This document shows, piece after piece, positions 22,938 through 36,541 of a stretch of 47,781 bases of DNA. Within the stretch, counting starts at the first letter, position 1. Each line of letters starts with the position of its first letter. Source of the stretch: Bigelowiella natans CCMP2755 (lineage: Eukaryota; Protista; Cercozoa); NCBI GenBank assembly GCA_000320545.1, contig ADNK01003370.1, forward strand, positions 1-47,781. Direction: 5' to 3'. The notes under the pieces are model-generated. The model made no database searches. It was not told where the DNA came from and worked only from the letters and a program-made list of their open reading frames with translations. The position numbers and the translations under genes were made by a program.

Positions 22938-24010
22938 TCATGAGTCAGTCGTATCACTAATTTTATTTTCCTTTTTCTCATCCTTGTGAGCATCTCCCTT
23001 TGCTTCTAAAAAGGGATCAACACGGGCTACGAAGGCTTTAGAATACATATCCAACTCAAGCAATACGTTTTCCACAAATTTCTCGCGAGCAACCACTCTT
23101 TTGTTCCCGTCATGGGCATCTTTAATATTGCCTTGAATATCCACAAGAAGCTCAACTCGACGATCAACTACCCTTTGAACTAGAAGGAGCATATCAGGAC
23201 TAGACCCTGCAGTAAAGGATAGAGTGAAGGCACTTCCAGGTCCAATACCTTCTTCGTGAGGTACACAGAAAAAATTCCTGAGGAAGCCACCGTCAAGGGA
23301 AACGGCAACATCCTTTCCGACTTTTTCTTTATAATTCTTCATCCATGAGCGTGTACATCTATGAATGAGGTACAGCCCAAAGGCATGATTCACGACGAGC
23401 TGTCTACCAGTACCTATACTTGGGAAAATTAGGTTGATGTGTCCGTTACATTGTCTCATTTGTTTAATTCCAACAGTAAGATTCCAATTTAATGCAGCCC
23501 CTGGTTTCAACGTAAAATTGCTTCCTATTATTCCATCTTCCTTTTTTGATGTTGTAATGGCAGCATTTTGTGTGGAGGTATTGGTATGAGTTCCATCTGG
23601 CGCAGCTGCAGTATTTTTATCAACATTTTCTTGAATCAGTGACTTTGCCGGTGGTGGACTAATTTCGAACACCTCAAAAGGCACAACAACTGCTGATTTC
23701 ACTGAGTTCTTGCTTTCTCCATCTCTTTGCTCCCCTCCTTTTCCAGTATGAGCGATGAAGCTTAATTTGAGAGTGCAGTGGGAAACCGGTATATTGGAGT
23801 GGTTCTCAACAGAGATGCGAAGACCCACTTCAGTAGGACTAGTAGTTCGTTTTGCCGCTACAACAACACTCTTGATATCTATGCTTCTGCATAAATATTG
23901 TTCCATCATTCCGTTCATTTGACTAGCCATTTGCATGCTTCGTTGCATATTGACAGCCTAAAGAGGAAAGAAAAAGGATGATGTGGGATGACTGTAAGCT
24001 GGATACAAAT

Positions 24011-24058
<48 letters not shown>

Positions 24059-24068
24059 TAATACATAC

Positions 24069-24111
<43 letters not shown>

Positions 24112-24251
24112 CGTACCATCGCTTTGTAGGTCCGTGAAAGTGTTGATTCCAAGGCGGAAGTTATCCCTGCGGTCGCTGCGGCACCAACACTACCCATTTC
24201 TGTTTTTCCATCGTCGGAAAACTCCTTCTTACTTTCTCTTCGTTCGCTCAT
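22938..24251 (-). CDS. Hypothetical protein (2 exons, about 385 aa)
   Basis: Exon 1 (24251-24117, MSERRESKK...RTYKAM) and exon 2 (23957-22938) join in frame across a GT-AG microsatellite intron. Long open frame with globular composition. Confidence 0.8.
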
Positions 24252-24399
24252 ATTCTCCCTCGATCCCGTGACCTTCGATTCTACGATTTCCTTTTCCCCC
24301 CTCTGCCCGAGTGTTCTCGGTTTGTGTTTTCGATGACACTTTTTTCCCGCCAAACTCGATTATGGGGAAATGAATGAGCGACAATGAATATTTATTGTC

Positions 24400-25250
24400 G
24401 TATGCACACAATCGATGCATCTGGAAAAAATGCATCGGCGATTGATGATGCATGATGCATGTTCCAAACAGAATCGACGAAGCGGAGTGGATGATTCTGA
24501 CACACAACATGAAACAATCTAGCAATGTGTCTTGAGGAAGAGGGATTGCTGCGCTGCGAGACAAAGGAGAGAAATGTGCAAATCTCACATTGTTCACTGG
24601 TTGCGCAATTCCAATGAAACACTGAAAAAAATCGCAAGTCCTTGTGTGATGATGCGAAGGCTGTTTGAGCAGGCCAATGCCGACGAGCTCAAGGACCTGA
24701 AGGCTTTCGGGAAGAAATTTGTTGCAAGAACTGCCAGAGGTGATCTTCCCTCCATCGTGGCGGCGGCGGACTGGTTGGAAAGACTAGTTTTTTGACTTTT
24801 TCAGAGAAGAAGAAAAGTTGAAAATGTCCTCAACGCATGCCGAAAACTTCGCACCCAACATCCATTAGAACCTGTTGATGGCCTCATCCTCAATGTTGAA
24901 GGCATCAAAATTTTTCAGAACAAGAACTTCTCTGACGTTGACTTCGAGCAAGATCATCTCTGTGTTCCTGATTGGCGCACTCTCGAGAGTTTCGACGCAT
25001 TTTTCCTTCACGATGATGTCTTGCACGCATTGCAGGTGACTTTCGCAGAAGAGCTAGCACAAAATGAAGAATGCCAGAGTTAATCGGCTCTTGAAAGCTG
25101 CTACAGAAAGCGCTCTCGAAAGATCTGAAGCACTGTCGCTTCATTTTCGTGGTTCCCAAGACCCATGGAAAGGGAAAGACATCATGGGGAATTGTTGCAA
25201 GGCGCAGCTAGGCGCATGTGACGTCGGAAGGCGGAAATCTAAAGACCCAT
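24400..25250 (+). pseudogene. Crinkler/RHS-type restriction-endonuclease-like domain pseudogene
   Basis: Reads AAADWLERLVF*...DHLCVPDWRTLESFDAFFLHDDVLHALQVTFAEE[4-nt insertion]HKMK...LSLHF/VVP. This matches the Y.P...F.S.DAF...LQ.T.A..H...L.FVVP pattern of CRN/RHS nuclease domains. Has an in-frame stop and frameshifts. Confidence 0.65.
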
Positions 25251-26114
25251 CCTAAAGCAGAGATTGTGCAGCTGTTGTTTCCCTTCCCAATTCAGGTGTG
25301 ATGATGAATGAGACACATGCAAGTGCCATTGCCTGCCTCACAGCACCAAGATGTAAAGATGCATGTTCGGAATCAAAGAGAGGCAAAAGAGAAAGAATTC
25401 TGGCATAGAAACGAGAAAATTGTGGGCAGGCGGAGAGCAAACGCGATGTCATTTTAACAAAGATCATTTTGATGAAAGACATGTGCTGCATGTGCCCGTT
25501 ATTTTTGCCATGTCATTCTAGCAATTTAAATCAGCAGTAGGTCTGGTCTGCAGTAGGTGATGTTTTAGGTTGTGAATTTTGCGGCATTTCCCCTACTGAT
25601 TGCCTAGTAGTTAGATTTTTTTTTATGGGGCATGCTAGTATGCTCCACGGTCTGCTACACGCATGCGTACATGATGTGCCCCGTACGCAAACCATTACTA
25701 GATTTTGTTGTGAAATATTGAGCACATGCGTTGTTTTTGATCGATCGTTTACGTGGCAAGCTGACTTCCATGTTTTGGGGCACCTCTAGCTAGGTATTTT
25801 CACGCCGCCCAATACGCACGCCGTTACATAAGTCATGTGCACAATGACATGCATCAAGAGTTGCAACGATTTGAAAAAATTATAGTGAATATCAGCAGGC
25901 AATAATGTTCTTCAAACTATACATATCGAGATTGCAAAGTGCATATTCAATTTACACAATGAACTTTTACAGTAGCACAGCTTCTCCACAGATCGAGTCT
26001 GGTCCCGCAAAGGCGCGGCTGCGCGTCTACATTCTTCGATGTAATGTCTGTACATTTTATATTACAATCTGTACGAGAGCAGTACAGTCTCTCCAGAACA
26101 TATCATCTGGGCAG

Positions 26115-27098
26115 CTATATTCTTTGAATCTGATGATTATACCTGCAAAAAACTTGAATGATATTGTATCCTATTTATTTGAAATACAATGCAATATCAC
26201 CCGCTTTCCCGCAAATCGCTTCGGACTGCAACCGGACGGTCCTTACAAGCATCCTTTTAATTCAACAGAATGTAACAAATAAGTCAGCGTTAATTCACAA
26301 TGTAGATTCCATCTATACCTTATACATCTTGAGAAATCCCTCAAGATTCAGCCTAAAATACATGGCGGGGTTCTGCTTTGGAGATCTTTCACAAGTCCCA
26401 CGACGAAGCGAGCCCTCAGAGATGAACTTAGAAGCTTTAGAACCTGATAATATTTATATTGGACACATAGTAGCACAAGAGGACATGGTATATCTTACGA
26501 TGAAACAATAGATGGCGTTCTCCATATCGAGTCATGATGGCAGTGACCCGCGCCTCAATATCTCTTGCGTTTACGGATCGAAGATACCTGCCAGTCTCGT
26601 GCTTAGATTCACAGAATAAGTTACTGATTAAATTTGCCACCACCTTGCTAGAGTCTGTGCATCCCAAGAAGCACTTTCATCTAAGAAGACGTCAACATTC
26701 TGGATCACTCTTGATTCAAATAATGGATCGCGAAAGAAGTCAATGACTGTCGAATCGCTGTCCTTCTGCCCCATGCAAAAAGCGAGCAACTTGGGATGGG
26801 AGGTACTGTCGGTAGTTGGAATGAAACGGTGGAAAATCTCTTTTAGAGCCTCTTTTAATTGGGGGGCAAGGAGCTCTCCGTCCATTAATGCCTTCGCAGT
26901 ACCGATCTGATAGATAATTCACGTGCATTTTGTTGGTGAGCGGGAAGTAATCAAATCCGTTAAAAAGATTTCATACCAACTTCACAGAATATTTGGTGTA
27001 AATCTATCCATATACACTACAAAAAATCTTTGGCACGTATATATTCATATGCATCCGCAAATTATGTAAAACCATAGCAGTGCATGCAAGTATATTTA

Positions 27099-27139
<41 letters not shown>

Positions 27140-27340
27140 TATTCATATCAAAAGATGGGGAGAGGGTGATTTTAAGGGTAATATACTATATGATATAAGT
27201 AAGAAAGAAAAGTTCTGATGCATATTACAAAATGGATATACACATGCTTGCACGCTTGCACGCTTGCACGCTTGCCAAAACAGTACAAATCACCCACACA
27301 CGGTGGACAGACTCCCAATGGCGGCGTTCAACTTAGTACT
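26115..27340 (-). CDS. Hypothetical protein with degenerate EF-hand-like C-terminal domain (5' exons unresolved, may extend to about 28250)
   Basis: Short-intron exons splice to LAPQLKEALKEIFHRF...WDAQTLARYLRSV...LNLEGFLKMYK-DACKDRPVAVRSDLRESG-YNHQIQRI*. Confidence 0.6.
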
Positions 27341-28285
27341 CTGTGGCTAGGGTAGCGTCCATATCGTGATTGATAGCTGATATATCCCCCCCCTTGATTC
27401 AGCGCTGGGTAGCCCCCATATCCGTGACGGTAGCGGTTGTGCATCATCCTTTTTTATGTAAAAATAATGGGTTAAGCTTAAGCCCTCATAATAGCACCCA
27501 TGGAAGCGCTAAAAATGCAGGAAAATTGAAAGCCACCTGTCAAAATATATCACGTTCTGCTTTATACGTTGTTCTATCGAAGGTGGGCTGAGGGTTTAGC
27601 GTCTCCTGGCCCTGCTAAGGTTGTTAATCAGTGTATGTCACAGGAGTCACGAGGAGAGGAGGTTACGCCAGTTGACGATCACCTCACAAAAACATGCAGT
27701 GAATCTCACTGTTTTTAAGGCCGTATGTAACGAATTGTGTGTTGTCGTACTTATTAAACCGCCTACAAAAAGCCCTTTCATTGACTTAAGAGCTCTCCTG
27801 GGAAAACTTATTGTGGCCTTGGCACCTTAGGAAGGTTTACCTAAGGTGCTTCGAAGTTCTTACTAGTGGAAAATACAAGCTAATTTGTTCCAATTTCAGG
27901 CTGTTCATCTGGAGCGACATTATAAAATACCTTAAACCGGAGCAGATATAGCTTGGATGACGAATGCAAAATGCATTTGGAAGAAAGTTGCCTCTATTTC
28001 TATGTCGTACTGAAGGAATCACATGTAATTTCAGATTATGTCACATTTGGTATTGCGCCGAAGGTCGCTGCTTCCTGTTACAGAGCACCCCCCACTCCCT
28101 TCTGGTGATCTGTGCTCCTTGCTACCACCTCTGAGTCTCCAGCCCGTTCTTGTGTCATCATTTTACTCGTAAAATATAACGAATTGCTTTGGGGAAACCG
28201 GCATCTTCTGCAGCTGCTGCAGTGATCATCATCTACCTAGAAGTCGCAAGCACACACATACAGTTGCTGCTGTGCCCGAGCAGAA

Positions 28286-28886
28286 ATGACGCAAACGATC
28301 CTCTATCTTAGGTTGTTGAGATAACTACACAACTTGGTTGGGTCCATACTTACTTTGATTGTGTGTGGTGTTGATATATCTTTACTTCGCAGCGGGTGCA
28401 CTGGATTCCTCATGGTATTATTTAATGCTTCCAAAATAACAATAATCGCCGCATCACCAAGCAAGTCTCCACACACTCCCACACAACACAAGCTTGCAAA
28501 AATAGAGAACCCTTTATAAAATATCTCTATCACTGTCGATATTGCATCAATATAAGTAATGTCCTATTTGCTTGCCGCCTCGAGGTCACCTTCTTCCGCG
28601 CACGAAGAGGCAAAATATGAGCTTCCTCCTCCTCGTTGTCCTCTTTCTCCTCCACTTGTTTAGTGATTGCCGTATCACACACATATCAGGGATAGTTTTA
28701 GTTATTATCCTTTGATATGAACTAGGCTTGGGCGATAGGAGCGCAAGATGTGTCGAATGCCCTTGGCACATGTGTCGGATCCAAAGCCATTACTATCACT
28801 CAGGTAGTAATAATAATAATATATAGCTGCATTGATAGTAGTGCTGTGAGAGGAAAGTGTGGTGCCAGACGATAATGATGATAGCG

Positions 28887-28923
<37 letters not shown>

Positions 28924-28952
28924 AAAGAGAGAGAGAGGGGGGGGGGGGAGCA

Positions 28953-28991
<39 letters not shown>

Positions 28992-29078
28992 ATTACTACC
29001 AACCAACTACTACTAGGCCATTATAATCGGTGGGGTGTTTGAGTTCCTTGGCTCTTTAATGGGCGGGTACATTGACTC

Positions 29079-29110
<32 letters not shown>

Positions 29111-30464
29111 AACGATGACGAGAATTATACTGAATATGAATTCCCCATCCATCCATGCCGGTATCTAACGTTCTTCTTCTTGATGTCACTTTAGATCTAA
29201 CATGTAAATAAAACCTGCAGTTATTGGATCAGTAATTTCTCTTTAGGGATGTTGCGCACACAATAAGCAAAGGGCTTGTTCGTACGTCTGCCATTCAAAG
29301 CAACGTGGAGCTGTATGTCATGCTAATGTTCTGTACGCTCACTGGCACCTTCTGCTGGCTGGTAATGGTTCTATTAGCACCTCATATCTAGCGTGTGGTT
29401 TGCATGGTGTATCATTCGCCTTCACATTATCATCATCGTCATCATCATCATTGTTGTTGCTGTTGTTGTTGTCATCTTTTATGATGATCATCATTTTGCC
29501 TTGTCCATGCAAATTCATGAGTTACTAGGTATTTTTGTGTATTTTCGGTTGCATTTATCGAGAAGAAGGAATTTACGAATGATGCACAACAATTGTCTTC
29601 TAATGTGTGAGCAGGCCTTCGCCACATACTTTTCACTCCCTGTCTCAACGACCCATTCTCTGGTTGGATCTATCCTTGGCCTTGGTACACCATGTTTCCC
29701 CCATCCCTATTTCTTCTTCCTACACATATCGTTTCGTAGTAAGAGGAAGAAGAAGAAGAAGAATCGTTCTTATTTCATCTAACGTCGTCACTATACTATA
29801 CTGTAACCCTCCTCCTCCTCCTCCTCCCCCCCCCCTTCGTTCCTCTGTGAAGGCTTAGTTGTTTATCCATCTGGAGATCTTAACACAACGACGCTAGGAA
29901 CAATTATGGCATCTTGGGTCACGAATTCATCATCATCATCATCATCATCAATCACCATCAATCATTATCATTATCATCTCATCTCACCAACGTCATATAT
30001 CAGCCATTAACATCACCACCATTGTTGCTTGTCACCTCCCATTTCTCGTTGTCGCCCCTAGATATCCTCTCCGCTCATGGGCTTCACTATCTCATACTCA
30101 ATTTTCTACGTGATCTACCACAAAGTGCTCACAAGGCCTCAGCCAGGTACGAGGGGGGGGAGGGGGGGCTGTAGTGCGTTGAATCGACGGCATATGTAAC
30201 TATATAGAGAATAGCGACTACGTGGTCCTTAACACCACAATCTCTACTACCATACTACTACTACTACAACTACTATACAGCCCATGTCAATCTAATCACA
30301 CTATGCCTACTATTACCATGATCATCCTATTGCTACGAGCATTTGACACATCATCATCATTATCTTCTTCTTCTTCTCCTCTCCTTTCTTAACCTATCAT
30401 TTAGCAAAGCAAGCGCTTCGTATTCTTCCATACATGTACGCCTTCACACTCGGTACTACTACTG

Positions 30465-30496
<32 letters not shown>

Positions 30497-30687
30497 GATT
30501 TATAATGATGATGACTTGCAACGATTTGTCTGCTCTAATGGTAAGTAATGGTATTTTGTCTTTGGATGCACGCATGTTATCAACACAAATTGTCTTAGCT
30601 CATTGGTATTCATCTGAGATGTTCGTTGCTCTCTGTGCGTATCGTGTCTCGTCAGCTTACTTCGATTCCTTTTCATCCTCCTTTTTT

Positions 30688-30730
<43 letters not shown>

Positions 30731-31758
30731 CTCTACCCACCCCTCTTGTAGGCATCTTGACGCTGTTTTTGTGCCTAGCGGGACCAAGATCTCTCCGAAC
30801 ATCTCTTCGAAAGGGAATCGCCATATGTTTGATCGTGTGCGTCATCGTGACAATATCAACACACCTGAGGCTAACAAGGAGGATGGGAGAAAGAGGCAGT
30901 AGTAGTATTAGTAGTAGTTGCTGCATCATCAACCCGCTACCCCCACCATCATCATCATCATCATCGTCGTCGTTAATCGCCTTGATGTCTAAGGCATTAT
31001 CGTCGTTTTCTCAAGTAGCATTAGGGATACTTTTCCAGTGCCAGAATGTAGTCCATACCATCACCTTCCTTGTCTCCTCCTTTTTCAATGGACCTCATGC
31101 TACCGCTCACTCGTCGTCATCATCATCATCGTCTTCTTCTTCTTCGATGATGATTTCACGTCATAATACAACGAATTACCATGGTGGCAACGATGATGAA
31201 AAACACCATCATCCGCCATCACAATCTCTTTCTCCGTCCAGACTATCAGGTGTGTTAAACATCGTGTTTATTTCTTCTGTTCTCTCCTCATATAGTCCGT
31301 CGTCATTTCTTCATTCTTTTTTCTTCTTCCTTTATCATAGCACCACCACAATCTCGCAACCATAAACGTTCTTGAAATCGTCATCATCACCATTTTCATC
31401 ATCTTCATCATCATAAGATCAAAGAGAAGCTACTACTGCTACTACACTGCTACTACTACTAGTAGTAGTACTACTACCACTATTTCTATAGCTAGACACA
31501 CATTGTAGTATGTGAATTTGTCAATTATTTTTAGAACATAATTATTGTTGATGTGTGCACAACAAGTAGGGCTAGCAGCAGTCTCCTCCTCCCCTTCCCT
31601 AGTAGCTGCAACCAACACAAAAACAAGAATAATAAATGCTTCATCAGCAATATCATCACATTCGATGCAAGGAAGCTCTACATTATCGTTATTACCCCCT
31701 CCACTACTGCTGCCATCATCATCAGCATCACCACCACCACCGTCAGTACCACCCCCTC

Positions 31759-31795
<37 letters not shown>

Positions 31796-33190
31796 GTCAC
31801 TTTCAAAAAAGCTGGTAAGGATGGTTTCTAGTATGTGGTCGTTCTTCCCTTACAAAGACCGCGCAGCAGAAGTAGCTCCAGCAACGAGGGTGACGCCGAC
31901 AAGGAGGATGAGGAGGAGGCAGTTTCAAAGTAGCGACGAGACACCAACAACGGCACAGCAGCATCATTACCACCACCACCACCACCACTGTGATGAGGAG
32001 TTGGATCAGGAAGGGGGTCAGCAGCACCAACAGCAAGAGAAGAAGAAGAACCTATCATCTTCTTCTTCTGGCAATGCACCAACAACCAACAATTCTAGTA
32101 CATATTGCCAAGAGACTGCTGCTGATGCTGCTGTCGGTGGTAGTACCGGTAAAGACGTAGTAGTAGTAGTACCAGCAGTACAATCCCTACTGCCAGTTGT
32201 AACGACATCGTCGTCCAAAGAGCGAGATGTGCGATTACAAGAAGCTGAAGCGCATTTTACTGAACTCATGGTAGTAGAAGTAGTAGTAGTTTTGATTGAC
32301 AATATATATCCTTAGATCATCAATCATCGTTGCAAAGAGAGAAGACACCACGATAACACACACACACACACGTGCGCGCGCGTATGAATATAATTTATAA
32401 AATATAATATATAATATATAATACAATATTCTATTCTCTATTATGTTGTCCCCTTTCTTTGATCGATTGAGTCATTTCGATCACCACCACCACCATCATC
32501 ATCATTATCATCATCATCTTTCCATAGGTCACATCATCATCATCATCATCATCATCTTTCCATAGGTCATAACTGCATGCGTTGTTGCCTTTGCACACGG
32601 CTCAAACGACATCTCCAATGCCATCGGGCCATTCTCGGTGAGAGCCTTCATCTTTTAGTGCTTATTATTCAGCTTGATGCCTCCTCCTCCTCCTCCTCCT
32701 CCTCCTCCTCCTCCCTGTGTTCATTGAATGAAAGAGAGGAGGACGAGGAGTACTATGTGTCTGTTTGATTGCATTTCTATCTAACGACGATGTGATGAAC
32801 AGTGAGCTGAAACATGCACGCAAGTAAATCCATACCATGTATTATTATTAGACGGTGTGCTTGTAGTCTAGATCTTATATATATATATATATATTTATTT
32901 ATTTATATATACATGGCATCAATCCGATTTTGGCAGTTTTATGTTCTTATATCTTTTATTTCTTCTTCTTCTTTCTTTTCTGTCTCATTCTTCTTTTGGT
33001 TCTCCCCCCCTTCCATCATCATCATTCCTAAATGACGACATGGTTGTGGTGGTGGCAGGTGATAATGGAGGCGAGTATCCACGGGGACATATCTCACAAT
33101 GAACCCATTCCAAAATGGGTGCTGGTGGCAGGAGGAGTTGGAATAGGTATTATTGGCTGCCAATCATCGCTACTACTATATATCTGAAAC

Positions 33191-33222
<32 letters not shown>

Positions 33223-33434
33223 GAAGAAGACAAAGAAATAATAACAAACTGATGCACTGTTCCATGGCAGTTGTCGGCTTAGCAACCTACGGTCACCGCG
33301 TAATGGCGACGGTTGGTGAAAAGATCACTAAATTAACGTTCACTAGAGGGTTCTCCGCCCAGATTGGGTAGTAATATTGGGTAGTAATATCAAGATTACT
33401 ATCATCAAACTACTATGTGTCGTTACTGTTACTG

Positions 33435-33468
<34 letters not shown>

Positions 33469-33611
33469 GAGTTGTTATTTTTTGTTTGCTTGTTTCTTTT
33501 GGGTTGTATTGACGTTTTTCTCGTAAAAGAATTCAATTCATATCGTCTTCGTCGCTGCCACCATCTCACCGTCATCATCACCATTACCATCACCATCATC
33601 ACCATCATCAC

Positions 33612-33645
<34 letters not shown>

Positions 33646-34390
33646 GCCGTCATCGTCTTCTTCTTTGGTATGATCTAGAACGGCATTGACCGTATTGAGC
33701 GCAACAATAATGGGCATTAGCGTCTCCACGACACATTGCCTCATCGGCGCTATTGCGGGTTATTTATTCTTATACAATCGTAACTACTACTACTTTCCAC
33801 ATAATCATCATCATATGCTGAACAACTTGTTGTTAGATCTTCCTCCTATTGACACATCTATCTCTTCTCCATCTTCTTTCTCTCCATTGATGACTAGTAC
33901 CACACACACATCTGCCCATGCAGCAATATCATCAACAAATGTGTCAATCAATGTAGGCGTAGCAATGGTTGAAAGTGCCTCGAAGATAAACGTACAGACT
34001 CTCAAGAAGATCGCACTGTCCTGGGTATTACTACTACTTCTACTATGATTATGTTGTGGTACTAGGTGAGGGTGTATTATCTATATTCCTTGCCTGCTGC
34101 TCGGGATGAAATTTAAGGAAAATCATATCATATTAGATTAGCGTTGTTGCAATACGGCTTGCAGAATCAAGAAGAATCTTTCTGCACAGATCCGATTTTT
34201 CCCATTTTCTTCTTCAGAATTTGACTGTCGTGTTCTTTCATGTGCTACTTACTTAATCACTTGCTTATTCTTCTACGTGTTGCATACAATAAGCAAGTCA
34301 TTTCAAATACACGAAGAGTCGCAAAGATAATACTCGTTATAAATTACAGCTTGCTGACGTCCACATTTTTCCCCATTTCTACAACAAATA

Positions 34391-34429
<39 letters not shown>

Positions 34430-34566
34430 ATATATATGTTTGTGTGCATGTGTGTGTGTGTTAACATACTATCTAGGTTGTAACGATGCCTGCGTCAGCA
34501 CTTTGTAGTCTTGCTGCTCTTTGGATTACGTATCTCGTCATGGATCCTGAGATCAGACCGCATTGA
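28286..34566 (+). CDS. PiT/PHO4 (SLC20) inorganic phosphate transporter, multi-exon
   Basis: [62 protein letters not shown], second signature [63 protein letters not shown]. Stop TGA at 34564-34566. Confidence 0.93.
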
Positions 34567-34649
34567 GTAGTAGTAGTAGGAGGAGGAGGAGGAGGAGGGG
34601 GAGTGCTACGAAGTAGTAGAAACCAGTGGCATAATCGAACATGAAGTGA

Positions 34650-36050
34650 TAGTGTCGTTGTGTTAGTTTATGTGATAAGATGGAATTGCTATTCAAGAAC
34701 AAGGTTGCATGAGTGCGGTGTGGTCGATGATCTTTTTGGCAATAATGAACATGCAGTTATTCAAGAGCATTGGTGCTACAAATGGGAACGAAGCGTTGAG
34801 GTGAGCACAACAACGCAATGTTGCAGGATGCTGCTGGTTGACGTAGATGCGCTTGTTGGCGCCGCAGTACGCCACAATAGACATACGTATATATCATATA
34901 CATAATGTGTCTATAACTCAGTAGTCGCCATTATTAGCTAGTTAGGATGTCTAGACATGCATGCTGCCGCCCTCCACACACACGCAGGCATGCTATGGTA
35001 TATCGCATGCGCCGACCATGCTCACGTACATAGCATGCTAGCATGCAGTACATCTTCTTCGACTGCCATGTGCTAGCATGCATCACGAGCGAGCTAGGAG
35101 CTAGCAGGACAATGATGTGACAATGCGCCGATGAACACGCCGTGAGAGCTACATTAGGTCCCTCATTATGGAATATGACTGTTGCTTGATGAGATTCAAT
35201 CACTTCATTGTCACATTCGTCTCACTGGCTAACTAGCTCACACCATGAGCCATGCTAGCTAGCTAGCATGCATGCGACGTGCGTATACGTGTGGCATCAT
35301 GGATGACATGGACCATGCAATTGTTGCATGAGCTGCATGCATGAGCTACGCATTACAGACCTAGCTAGCTTAGCTGAATGCCATCTATAGCTGTGGCGGC
35401 ATGGCTAGTAGATGGCCAAGCCAGCGCGTGCAAGTTCCACAGCAGCGGCTAGCTAGCATGGGTGGCACACTTTTGCATTGCTTGATTATTGCTTGGCCGC
35501 ACCACGCAACGTGCATGCTAGCATGTCTAGATGTGTAGCGCATGCAACCTGGATCGGTTTCCACTGGCAGTGCAGTTTGTCTCGCATCATTAGAGCCGCC
35601 GCTGTCCGCGCACGTGCGTTCTAGCGTTGCATATGGTCTGCACCACGCTAGCACGTGCATGTGGATGGCTGGCCAGCTAGCTAGCTAGACAGGTGTATCG
35701 TCGATTCTGGAAGTGCGTGCTGTCTAGATCTGCGAGCTGATTGTGTGCTCGTGTCCGCACACGATCTGTGCTAGCGATGCGCCACGCAGTGCGGCATGCC
35801 ATTGTTACACATGCTATGCTAGCATGCAGCAGCAAACCTCGCACACGTTGATTGAGTTCATCTGTCTAGCTGTGGCACACACATCAAATGACATCGCAAT
35901 TTACTGCCTGCCCGAAATGAATGATCGTTACACCGAAAACAACGTCATTCGTTGCTGTTGAGTGCATATTTCCTCATGATGGAGGTGAATGATGGAATCG
36001 CCTTCATTTATTCACTATCGCACATGATGCATCACATCAACTGTGTCTAA
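34650..36050. repeat. Degenerate repeat island, extremely rich in CTAG/CATG/TGCA
   Basis: Many GCTAGC and CATGCATG units. An inverted, diverged copy of the AGACGGATG family motif sits at about 35193-35225. Confidence 0.65.
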
Positions 36051-36541
36051 CGTTTCCAGTCTTTCGGCTTTATCATCATATTTGACCATGGGCCCAATCA
36101 CCTCTCAATAGGTCGCATACTCTCCCACCATTAAGAATGGCAAGCAGGCTGGCTTACAGTTGCCAGAAACTATGCTGCTCGGTCTACGTACGGGGAAACA
36201 AAAAACAATCCCCCGTCCTGCCCCCTACCTCATTTGTATAAACCTCTAATTACTTGGACTGGTTGCTTTAAAATAAAATATACACAATGACGAATAACTA
36301 ACCGACTCTTTTAATCTTAGAAATTTTGTAAGGATACAGCAACGATTCCTCGACTCCTCTAGATATGATATGATACTCACTCATATCTCTTCCCCCCCCC
36401 CCCCCTCTCTCTCTCTCTCTCTTTCGCTCGCACGCTTATATTTTAATAAAAGGGAGAGAAAGAAAAGTGATTAATGTGCAGTGGGATGATAGCTCAAGGG
36501 ATCATTATCATCATCATCGTAACCTCCTTCCTCTACACAAC

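Noticed and set aside
13780-25480. CpG-methylation decay or classical RIP as the cause of the TG/CA excess in the islands
   Set aside because: CpG is retained (invariant in the repeat core) and TpA is depleted rather than enriched.
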